A DNA stretch of 64,000 nt from Eremomyces bilateralis CBS 781.70 (lineage: Eukaryota), in NCBI GenBank assembly GCA_010015585.1, contig ML975170.1; one strand, given 5' to 3'. Position 1 is the stretch's first letter. Every line of letters begins with the position of its first letter. Below are positions 54,212-64,000 of the stretch, one piece after another. The translations under genes and the position numbers were made by a program. The notes under the pieces were generated by a model that searched no databases, was not told the origin of the DNA, and saw only the letters and a program-made list of their open reading frames with translations.

Positions 54212-55842
54212 ATGCTAGACGAGAATCTCCCCAGTGAGTAAAGTATCTAGCCGGTATCTTGACGCATAAGGCTGATCAACCTAAAGCATTTTACCTGAAG
54301 CCCTCTCCCGATGGTGTCCGACACCATGAGGCCTACTATCTCACATATCATGGATCCGAACCCGAAGCTACATACACCTACAAGCACCTCGACCCAGCAT
54401 CCCCCACCTCGAAAGCCACCTACGCTTCCGCTCTCTTCGATGCGTTCAACCCCTCCATCCTCTACGGCGAAGTAAACGTCACCCCGGAATGGCTCCAGCC
54501 GACGTTATCCCAAGATGAGATACGCAAGAACGGTGGCCAGGTTCCCGCTCCCCAACCCATTATACCCCAGAGCTTTGCGATCCAACTCTACGATCCGGAC
54601 CAGCAAGTCACCGTCACGCAAAAGCTGGCATCATGGGGCGGGAACCCCAGCTACACCTTCAGCATGCCGATACGGACGTTCCGACTGCCCACCAAATCGT
54701 CCCTGGATCGAGGCCTGGACGATCCGGCCGCCGACGCGACCACCCCTCGGATCAACTTCATCTGGAAGCGAGAAGGAAAGCTGTCAAAAGATTGGACGTG
54801 CTTCTTGACCGGCAAATCCACAGATCCGAAAAAGAAGAAGAGCAAGGAGCCTGACATCGCCGTGGCGCTATTCAGCCGCATGCAGGAGGTCACGATCTAC
54901 CAAAGCAACTTCTCCCGCGTCGACATGGAGGATCCCAAAGGCCTCGAAATCGTTCTACTCCTTAGCATCGGCGTCATTCGCGATCTCTATCTCGGAGGTC
55001 TGAAAGATACATTCAACATCCACGGCGGAGGGGAATCCCGCAAGAACAGCGGTGGTCTTCTGACCATAGGGCGGGACCGCAAATCGTCGTCTCCAGCTCA
55101 GCCAACTTTCGGTGCCGTCGCCTCCACATCGATCCCACCCACCTCTGCTCCTCCAGGGCAATCCGCCGCGGTGGCTGGCCTCTACGCGCCCCCTCCCGCT
55201 CGCCCTGGGGCCTATCAGTCAGGACCAACAACGAACCACCCTCCCCCACCTGGTACCCAAAGTTGGCAACCCCCTACCCAGCCCCATTCCGCCCCCCAAC
55301 CCGACGCAAGAATGACGGCCGAGCGGCGAAAACGCGACGAAGCGGAAGCGAAACGCATCCGCAAGATGCTCGAAGTCGAAGAACGCGAAGCCGAGAAGGA
55401 GCGGAAGCGGCGGGAGAAGGCCATCAAGGAGGAAACGGAGCGGTTGAAGAAGCAATTCGGGGACCAGAGCTCGATGCTCAGTCAGGCGGGCAAAGGGAGA
55501 GGCACGCAATATCACCGTCCACCGCCGAACATCACAGTAGGTCCGAACGGGCTCCCCTACCGACCCGCGCAACCACATCCGCATACCGCCCCGCTACCCC
55601 TCCGACCCAATCCATCCTCACAACTCCGACCATCACAACCACATTATCCCCCCCGACCAAACACCGGCTACCTCAACCCCGGGCCCCCCTCGCATGTCCG
55701 CCCGCACAGCGCCATGGGGCACAGTTCCTCGGGGCAGTTACGGCCCAGCCAGCCCGCGCCGCCGAAGAAGAAAAGTTTCTGGAATCTGAGGGGAGATGAT
55801 AGCGCGGCGAAGCTCAATAAGAAGCGGAGTAGTATCTTCTGA
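54212..55842 (+). CDS. Conserved fungal hypothetical protein (globular N-terminal domain, coiled coil, Pro-rich tail)
   Basis: Micro-exon MLDENLP followed by an intron to ...aag|CATTTTAC and a 527-aa ORF containing LYGEV, FAIQLYDPDQQV, FIWKREGKLSKD, EPDIAVALF and DMEDPKGLEIVLLL. Confidence 0.8.
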
Positions 55843-56483
55843 GGGAATTGGGAGATATCATTCCTCTGGACGCGTCCCCGGGACGGGTCACCATACGTTT
55901 GTGTGGGAACATGGAATGTACGAGTTGCATGGACGGCGTTATATTGTTATGACCGGCGAATGTGGTACCATTGCCATGATGTATTGTGATCATTGGAAAC
56001 CGTGGAAACGGAACATCTCGACGGCCGTATAACACATCGATTCGGTCGTATATACCCTGAAATGGTAAGGGGCTAGGTTAAACTTCTCGAAGGGATAGCA
56101 TACAACACGATAGAATTGTGAAAACTGACAGAAATCCCACAATTTTTGATCCCCAAGCCAAATCCCCAAGCCAAATCCCCAACCAAGCGCCAGGCCATTG
56201 TCCATGTCCCTTGCCCCTAAATTATACAGTCAAGAAAAACAGGTACAATAATTCACCAACCTAAACGAGACGCCGAGCCCACAAGAATGGCCCTGAATCG
56301 GAAAACGACCGGCTGCTTTGGGATACCAAGCTCAAACCCGCACTCACCACTGAAATCATGTCCCAGAACAACCCGTAGTCTTACCAGATTACTGACTAGG
56401 GTTCGAATATCCATCCTCACAGCTCTCCCCCCCATTTGCCTCCAACCCCTCCATCCCAACCCCCCCTCCAAACTCCCCTCGCC

Positions 56484-57428
56484 CTACCCCCCCCTCCGCC
56501 TCTTCTTCGGAATATCCAACTTATGAAAATTCCGCAAATGCTCCGTCCGATGATCTAGTCGCGTAAACCCCTTCCGCCCGCGCCGTCCACACTTCGCCAC
56601 CGTGCAATCGACCAGCGTCAGGTTGTGTCGTTCGTGCACGGCGGTGACGTGCCGACGGCAGTCGGCTTTGCGGTGGTAGGAGGTGGCGCAGGAGGGGTAG
56701 GGGCAGGGGAAGGGTTTTGAGATGGGGGTGGTGGGGGGAGGGGGTCTGTGTTGGTTAGCTGGGGGGGGGTTTCGGGGGGGTTTGTTGATGCGGGTGAGGA
56801 GGGGTTCGAGGGGGCGTCGGGAGGCGGGTGGGGCGCGGTAGGGTGTTATGCGAGTTGGGAATAGAGTAGCAACGTACCCTCCTGGTTCGGGGGCCATCGG
56901 TTCCTCTTCATTTTGATGTCCGGCCGCCCACACTGGTTGCGTGGACCCTGACTGGCGGGGGAGGGTGGATTCGTAGGGCGAATGCGCCTGACTTCGATGC
57001 AGGAGTGGCGTTAACGGGGATGGGGGAAGGTGGACTAAGGATGTGTGCGGCGGTGGATAAGTCAGACTCGCCGCATGCGGTCCTTCGGGTGGGTAGATTC
57101 CCGAGTAGGAATTGGAGGCATACGGAGGAGTACAGGCGCGAGCTCTGGTCTGTTGAGCACCGAACTGCGAGGGCAAGGGGTACGAGGGATATTGCGGATA
57201 CGGAAATAGGCTTGAGACTCCATGATTGGATTCGGTTCGCTCATAACCCCCAGTCTCAGCGACCGAGGAGTAGCTCTCATCCTCAGGGGCTGTTAACAAC
57301 CGGCGCTGTTGGACGCGGGGAACGATGCCTATCCCGTAGCCATCGTCTTGACCGGACGACAGCATCGGATCTCTCACGGTGAGCGTTGGCGCTAGGCGGC
57401 GATTTGGAAGTGATTCAAACGAGATCAC
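56484..57428 (-). CDS. C2H2 zinc-finger protein (5' end uncertain; upstream exons possible to ~57,950)
   Basis: FPCPYPSCATSYHRKADCRRHVTAVH and DCTVAKCGRRGRKGFTRLDHRTEHLRNFH, with a basic KKRRR tail. Confidence 0.75.
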   Translation of the reverse strand: MISFESLPNRRLAPTLTVRDPMLSSGQDDGYGIGIVPRVQQRRLLTAPEDESYSSVAETGGYERTESNHGVSSLFPYPQYPSYPLPSQFGAQQTRARACTPPYASNSYSGIYPPEGPHAASLTYPPPHTSLVHLPPSPLTPLLHRSQAHSPYESTLPRQSGSTQPVWAAGHQNEEEPMAPEPGGYVATLFPTRITPYRAPPASRRPLEPLLTRINKPPRNPPPANQHRPPPPTTPISKPFPCPYPSCATSYHRKADCRRHVTAVHERHNLTLVDCTVAKCGRRGRKGFTRLDHRTEHLRNFHKLDIPKKRRRGG

Positions 57429-58814
57429 AGATCGGATGGCTTCTGGATCAATTATAGTTAACGTAACTGCGGCTCTGAAACAGGTGTCGACCGCCTTACA
57501 ACTTCCACTGGCTCATGGGCGACCTTTCTTGTCGGCGGCAGATGAGAGAAGCAGGAAGTAGTGCCAGAGCGGACATACATGATATGAAGCGCTGCGGTCC
57601 GAAAATATAAGACTTGCGACTCGCGGAGCCTCTGGAGCATGGCGGAGGGAAAGGAAATGCGCCCATAAGCACTGGAGCCAGATCTGGACGATTCAATCGC
57701 TCTTCAACGACGGAGCATGTCGCCAGCCATGGTTCCCAGTCGTCCACGTCGCCATTCACGAGCGCAACGTAAACATTACCGAAATTCCTCCCGCGATCGA
57801 TTCGCTGCCCTGGAAAACCGCAACGGCAAGCGTCCCAGCCTCGCGGACAGGAATGCGCTGATTGACCGCCTCGTATGCATTCGACTGCAGCTCGTCCCAA
57901 AGTGCCGTTGTCGAGGGACCGAGAGCGCACGCGTGAGGGGATTAGTGAGACGAGGGGCCATTGAGGCCGCTTATAAGAACTGGCCGATGTCCGCCCATCC
58001 TAGGGCACTCGGTTTGAAAACGGAGAATCGCACGACATGATAAACAGAAAGACAGACTCGATTCGAAATTGGAAATTGGAAATTTTCAACAACGGTAAAC
58101 ACCGGACGATGGCTGGCAACCAGTTGTTCTGGCGTGTCAGGCTGGCTGGGTTCGCAGTAGGTGAACGAAACGAGGCGTCTGCTGTTCCCAAGTGGACCGC
58201 TTCCCTTACCGGACGAAACATCGCCTTAATCTGTCAGTCTTAAAACGGAGAGAATCACCGCATGATCCGCCCTAGATTCACGGTGCGTTATAGCCACTTG
58301 GTGCGTCCCGGATTTATTTTCGGAATCTGGACGTTGGAAAGGGGAATGGAGGCTTGATATACTCGTCGCCTTGTTTGCCTGCCCACGTGGCCGCGCTCCA
58401 TTCGGCCTGCGGAGCCTCACTTTCGCTGCTGGTCTGAGGTTTGGATGTGGCTGATCACGGTATTTGGGGTGGTGACCGGATATAAAATCCATGTTAATAA
58501 TTTGTTGAATACTGATGCGGGAATCAATATGCGGATCGATCTAGAAGATAGTGTGGTCGTGCCTCCTATTCAGGGGTCACCGCAAATGGTCTGTAGGATC
58601 AAGTTCATCTCGCACGTTGATCACCAGAAGCAATTCATAGATGCACGATGGGTGAATAGTGATCGTTCACGTAATGTTGACTACCCGTCAACCTTCGCCC
58701 CTGTCCGGTACCTCTCTCAGCGAAACATGCACCTTCCGTGATGCGATTCCAGAGGGGAATTAGCTAGAACCATCCTTGCTTGCGTAATCTACACCTGTCA
58801 GCCCTGTACAGCGC

Positions 58815-60837
58815 TCACACATCGTCTTCCAGGAACTTGTACTGAAACACAAAATCAGCTTTCCGGCGGTTCATCCTACGACGCGGTTAGCAAACGATCG
58901 TCAACGTCGATCAACATGTAAACGTACCATGTGCTCTCGTAGTCGAAGAAGCGGTACGTCCCCTGTTCGTAGTCTTGCGAGATCTGCTTCGGCTCGTCGT
59001 GTCGCTGAAACCACGTCTGGTATTGGGTGTGAAACCGCCAACTCTGATATTTCAGCGATTCGGCCGCCAAGTGCTGCTGCAGGGTGTTCTGCCGGTAGTA
59101 GAATGCGTAGAACAGCGCGTCGGTGTCGATTCGTTTGTAGAGGCGAGGGTCGTCGAAGATCGGATCAGGAAGATGGGGATAGGTGGCGGGAGTGTGAGGG
59201 TACGGGTTCTGGGGTTTGTAGCGACGTGCGTCGCTGTCGAGGGTGCCGGGATGGGTGAACATGGATGCGTCGAGGAGCTGGTCGTCGGGGATGGTCGATT
59301 CCGGTGCCCCGGGTTTCGAGTCGGCCATGTCGAGAAGTTCCTGCAGGTTCTTGGGGAGATGGAAGATCGGATCGGGCTCTTCGGGTTCGGAATGTGTGTC
59401 GCCATTCGTTAATGCCGGTGTGCCTGGATGTGCTTCCTCGGCTTCCGTGGTGGAAACCTTCCGTTCCGTTTGGATGTCTGCGGGTCTCTGCGGTGTTTTC
59501 TCTTTCTCCAATGCCGGAATTCGCGGTACAGCCATGCTTCGTGTCGCAATGGTATGGCTGAGAGCCGGAGATTTGGCCGGATGTTGCGGTGCCGGTGCGG
59601 TCCCGTCGATTGTAGATCCCGTGATTTGCTTCGCTGCCGCTGCGGCTTGAGCGTGGACAACTGAGGGTGACGTTGACGAAGGTTTCGATCCGGAAACAGG
59701 TGTAAGACTTGAAGCGTCGGATGCTTGAGTGCCAGGCGGGGCCGGTAATGGCGAGATGCCAACGTTGTGTTTGTCGCTTGCTGCGGCGGCGGCTGCAGCC
59801 GATGCGTACTTCAGGGGCCCGCCTGGAGTGGGTATTGGCGCTGGCTTCATACTTGTCGTCGGGCCACTTGATGCTGGGAGGGGCGGCTGATGTAGGGTTG
59901 CGAGGGAGGGTAATGGAGATTTCATCTGCGTCGACGGTCGTCGAACCACGGTGCCGGATGCATCGGACATCGATGTCGGTTTCGGTTTCAGCGGTTTCGA
60001 TTCGAGGTCGATATCGCCCGGCATGGACTGATTGTCCTGCGAGGAGACGCGATCCCCTTCGTTGGCCATCCCGTACAAGCCTTCTTCTTCCTGCAGATTG
60101 AAATCCTCGTAGAAGCTGTCGTCTTCGACGAAATCGGGGTCTTGATTGCTTTCGACGTAGTAGCGGATCGATTCCTCCACGTCCCGGACCTGCTCCACTT
60201 CGACGCCACCGTTTTCTAATGCTCGTAATAACAGCTCCAGTTTGCCTTGATGCCATTTATGTCGTTCCACCATGTCCTCGAGTTCCGCGATTCGATCCGC
60301 TTTGGAAGTGTCCTTCTTGCCCTTCTTCATCGTGGCTTGTAGGTGTTCAACGTCGGCCTCCTGCATTTCGATCTGGCGTTCCAGTTCTTCTAGCATGGTC
60401 CCGAGGAATTCGCAGCACTCCAGCTTCTCCTTCTCCTTGGGATCTAATTTCGATGCGGCGGAGAGACCTTCCTTCGAGTAGGCCTTTGTCTTCATCTCCT
60501 TCTCGACCTGCTTGAATTTCTCCATTTGCTGATGACCGTTAGCGCAATCGCTCATTCAAAGGGCTTCAATAAGTCGTCATACCGACTCGATTAGTTTCCG
60601 ATGTTCCATCAAAGGTTTCTTGTCTTTGATGTCGTTCATGGCCGCCCAGGCCTTGATCTGGTCGCGCGACCGCTGAAGCTTCTTAATCTCTTTCTTCAGG
60701 GCATCCTCCAACTTCTCCTTCTGTGAGGGATTTGTGCATGTCTGGATCTTGTCGTGGATGCTCTCGAAGGCCTCGACACCCTCCTTGACCTTCTTGAAGC
60801 ACCGCTCGACTTCGTTCGCTAGCTTTCTAGCGGCCAT
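58815..60837 (-). CDS. NOT3: CCR4-NOT complex subunit Not3/Not5
   Basis: [56 protein letters not shown], and the NOT box LFYAFYY...[15 protein letters not shown]...[25 protein letters not shown]. Confidence 0.95.
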
Positions 60838-61545
60838 GATGGTGAATGTTCTCCGGACGCGGAGGATGAGGTGATGGTTGCCAAGTGATGGGTGATGGGG
60901 AGAATGATCGTTCAAGGGAGAACCGCGCGAAGATGACCCGAGTCACCGTGGTATCGTGAGGGAGATATCTGTGGTTAAGTGTTGACGACTTCTGTTTCCG
61001 TTTGACACAGCGCAGGAGATGTCATGAACTCATGAAGAATGAGGCAGCAAGGCAGCAAGGTGCCAAGAGCGTAGTACCGTGCACGGGCCAAAGGGGCACG
61101 CGTGTTATGGCAGAAGCCAATGAGAGCGCAGAATCACATCCCTGTCGGCCTCAGCCTGACGCGTTGAAACTGCGACTCCCCAGACTCCCCGTCACCGATT
61201 TGACACCAATTTGACACCAATTCGTCCTAATTCATCGCTTTTGCGTGTCAACATGCTAATGCTGATTAACCAACTCAGTTAAGGTATTGAGTTGCCAACT
61301 AGTAATCATATCGGACCTGGCTATGTGCTAGGATTCGGATATTCAGATAGTAGTAATCTCGCTATTCTACACCAAAGTCGTACGCTGTACACACTTCTCC
61401 CTAACCTCATCTACACTCTCCACTACCATCTCCAGCTCTATTACTGTAAAATCGTCCCCCCGGTCATAAACAAGATCTATTCCTCCGACATAGCAATGCA
61501 TCGGAGGACCGGCGTCCAGGGTTAACTGTGTCAATTGGTATCAAA

Positions 61546-62374
61546 ATGAAAGGTTCTGCACCTTCCCGTCTTCGTACCTGCACAGTCCAAGACTAACCGT
61601 GACCAGCGGTACTGCAACGGGTCAAGTCCGCATCCGTGACGGTTGACGACAAATTGATCTCGTCGATTGGCAAGGGCCTCCTTGTTCTGGTCGGCGTCTC
61701 CAAAGATGACACGCTGAAAGATGTCGAGTCGATGGCTTCTAAGGTCTTGAAGTTCAAGATGTGGGAAGATGATAAGGGAGCGAAGGTTCGCGTGGTGTGC
61801 CTTCTCGTCGGCAAGGCTTCTAACTAATGGAATGTAGTGGAAAAAAAGTGTTCAAGATGTGGATGGAGAAGTCTTATGTGGTTTGTCGCCGTCTATATAC
61901 ATGTCCGAATATGAAAAGTCCATGGCTGATCGAATCCCAGTTTCGCAATTCACCCTTCTCGCCTCGACCAAGAAAGGCAATAAACCCGATTTCCACCGGT
62001 CTGCAGCCGGCGACGTCGCCAAAAACCTCTACACGACCTTTTTCCAAAAAGTCCAGAAGCTGTACTCCGAAGATAAAGTCAAAGACGGCGTGTTCCAAGC
62101 CATGATGGATGTCGCCTTAGTGAACGATGGCCCTGTAGGTGTAGATTATGCCTACGAGGACGGCGAGGTAGCCACATGGCCGAACCGCCTCCATTGCTCG
62201 CATATGGCTGACTGAGAGTAGGTCACGATCACGATCGATACCGCGCCGCCGAAACTTGATATGGCAGGGGAGGGGCCGGTCCATGCCGAACGGACGATCA
62301 GTGTGGACGAGCTCATTGAGAAGCTGGAGAAGATGAACCCGGGTTTCAAGTTTCCGCCTGAGCTGCTTGAGTAA
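61546..62374 (+). CDS. DTD1: D-aminoacyl-tRNA deacylase
   Basis: MK|AVLQRVKSASVTVD, IGKGLLVLVG, SQFTL, KGNKPDFH, GVFQAMMDVALVNDGP and VTITIDT; 4 introns. Confidence 0.95.
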
Positions 62375-62866
62375 CTTTGGATATTTTGAACGGCATTTAC
62401 TCATTACGACAAGCTAGCGCTACGTGGGCAAGGGGTTACGGTTGGGTATATCTTGGATAGAGGTCAGGGCAACCAATACAGGACTGAGTACGTCATATAA
62501 TTCCATACAAATCAGTTCCTTCCATTTTCCATAGGCATCACCATCCTCTATGATCAAATTGGACAACACACTCGTATTGTTTGTTGTCATCGCTCGTGTT
62601 CAGTCAACCTTGCTGCAAGGTGCTGTTGACGATGTGGGGGTGCTGGTTAATGGTTATTGGTTTGGTGATGCTCACCGCACAGACCTCTCTCGAGCTTCGT
62701 CGTGGTTTCTGGAGGCTTCTATCAACCGAGACCCAAAATACAAACACAACCAGAAGAACTCCCACCACTTTCAATCCTTTCCCAGCCAGATCTCACTCTC
62801 AGTCAGCTTCAGTGTTCAAAATCCAGAACCAATCTTCCTCTACACGAACAGTCTACCACACTCGCA

Positions 62867-64000
62867 ATGGCGGAATCCTCAGGTAAGTACCGTCTCAACG
62901 GGGCCGTTTGCAGCAGCCATGCTCACGCTGAATTTAGGTCGCAGCCGCGTCTACTTCGACGTCCAGGTCGGCAAAAAGCCGCTGGGAAGAATCTCCATGG
63001 AACTGGTATGTCTCCCCATGTAACTATCTGACAGCATCGTACTGACCTCTTCCTCACCAGTACAACGACATCGTCCCCAAAACCGCCGAGAGCTTCCGCG
63101 CCCTCTGCACCGGTGAAAAAGGCACCGGCACCACCGGAACCCCCCTCCACTTCAAAGGCTCCACCTTCCACCGCGTGATAAAAGGCTTCATGATCCAGGG
63201 GGGCGACTTCACGCAGCACAACGGCACAGGCGGCGAGTCGATCTACGGGGAAAAGTTCGCGGACGAGAACTTCGACTTGAAGCATGAGAAGCCGTTCCTG
63301 CTGAGCATGGCGAACGCGGGGCCCGGGACGAACGGGTCGCAGTTCTTCGTGACGACGGTGCCGACGCCACATTTAGATGGGAAACATGTGGTGTTTGGGG
63401 AGGTGTTGAATGGGAAGAGCGTGGTGCGGGAGATTGAGAATATCAATACGGGGCCAAATGATAAGCCGCCGATCGATGTTGTGATTACGGGTAGGCCGAT
63501 ATATCACTAGAGGGAAGTTCAAGTCCATGGTAGCGCTAACAAATTCCAGACTGCGGTGAACTGAAAGGCGACGCCTACGCCAAAGCGACCGAAAAGCTCC
63601 CCGACTCCACCGGGGACCCCTACGAAGACTACCCTGAAGACCAACCCGCCGCCGACCTCACCGCCGCCTCCATCCACCGCATCGCTGCCGACCTCAAAGA
63701 CATGGGCAACCGCGCCTTCAAGGCCGCCGACCCCGCCGTCGGCCTCGCCAAGTACCAGAAGGCCCTCCGCTACCTCTATCAATACCCGGAGACCGCCGAC
63801 GACGAAAAGGACCTCGAGCTTAAGCTCTCGTCCCTGAAATTCGCCCTCCACAGCAACTCCGCCCTCCTCCACCTCAAGCTCAACGATCCTGAAAGCGCCG
63901 CGAAGTCCGCCGACGCCGCCGTCGACACCGCCGACTCTGACGGGAAAGACTCGCTGATCACCTCCGCGGAGCGGGCGAAGGCGCTGTATCGCCGCGCGCT
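62867..64000 (+). CDS. CPR6: Cyclophilin 40 / peptidyl-prolyl isomerase D with TPRs (3' end beyond window)
   Basis: [39 protein letters not shown] and [16 protein letters not shown], then [10 protein letters not shown] and TPR helices [10 protein letters not shown]...[16 protein letters not shown]. Confidence 0.93.

Noticed and set aside
61199..61222. 11-bp tandem duplication tttgacaccaa in the NOT3/DTD1 divergent promoter (similar duplications at ~1324, ~37570 and ~56150)
   Set aside because: Two-copy slippage duplications with no evidence of function.

Overview
Intron-containing filamentous ascomycete (Pezizomycotina) genomic DNA in two compartments. Bases ~1-18,300 form an accessory, TE-rich island of non-self-recognition-type genes: the 3' end of an ankyrin-repeat (NLR-like) gene with RIP-type mutations and a premature stop, a RecQ-like helicase relic, a 400-N gap, hAT- and Mutator-type MITEs, a membrane protein gene, and a head-to-head pair of HET-domain genes. 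One HET gene is intact with an N-terminal ZZ zinc finger. The other can be rebuilt into one 737-codon frame by removing a 3.87-kb two-gene Tc1/mariner DD34E element (which itself holds a nested hAT MITE) and a 162-bp solo LTR; one TGG>TGA stop remains. Bases ~18,600-64,000 are mostly core genes: THI4 with a TPP riboswitch in its 5'-UTR intron, BFR2, a BSD protein, an MFS/Zn2Cys6/GMC-oxidase trio with a 20-bp minisatellite, TSR2, an ASG1-like TF, cytochrome b5, HSE1, STE20, a conserved hypothetical protein, a C2H2 protein, NOT3/5, DTD1 (two in-frame splice donors right after the Gly-cisPro motif) and CPR6 (truncated by the window edge). Exon boundaries were read by eye and no database searches were run.
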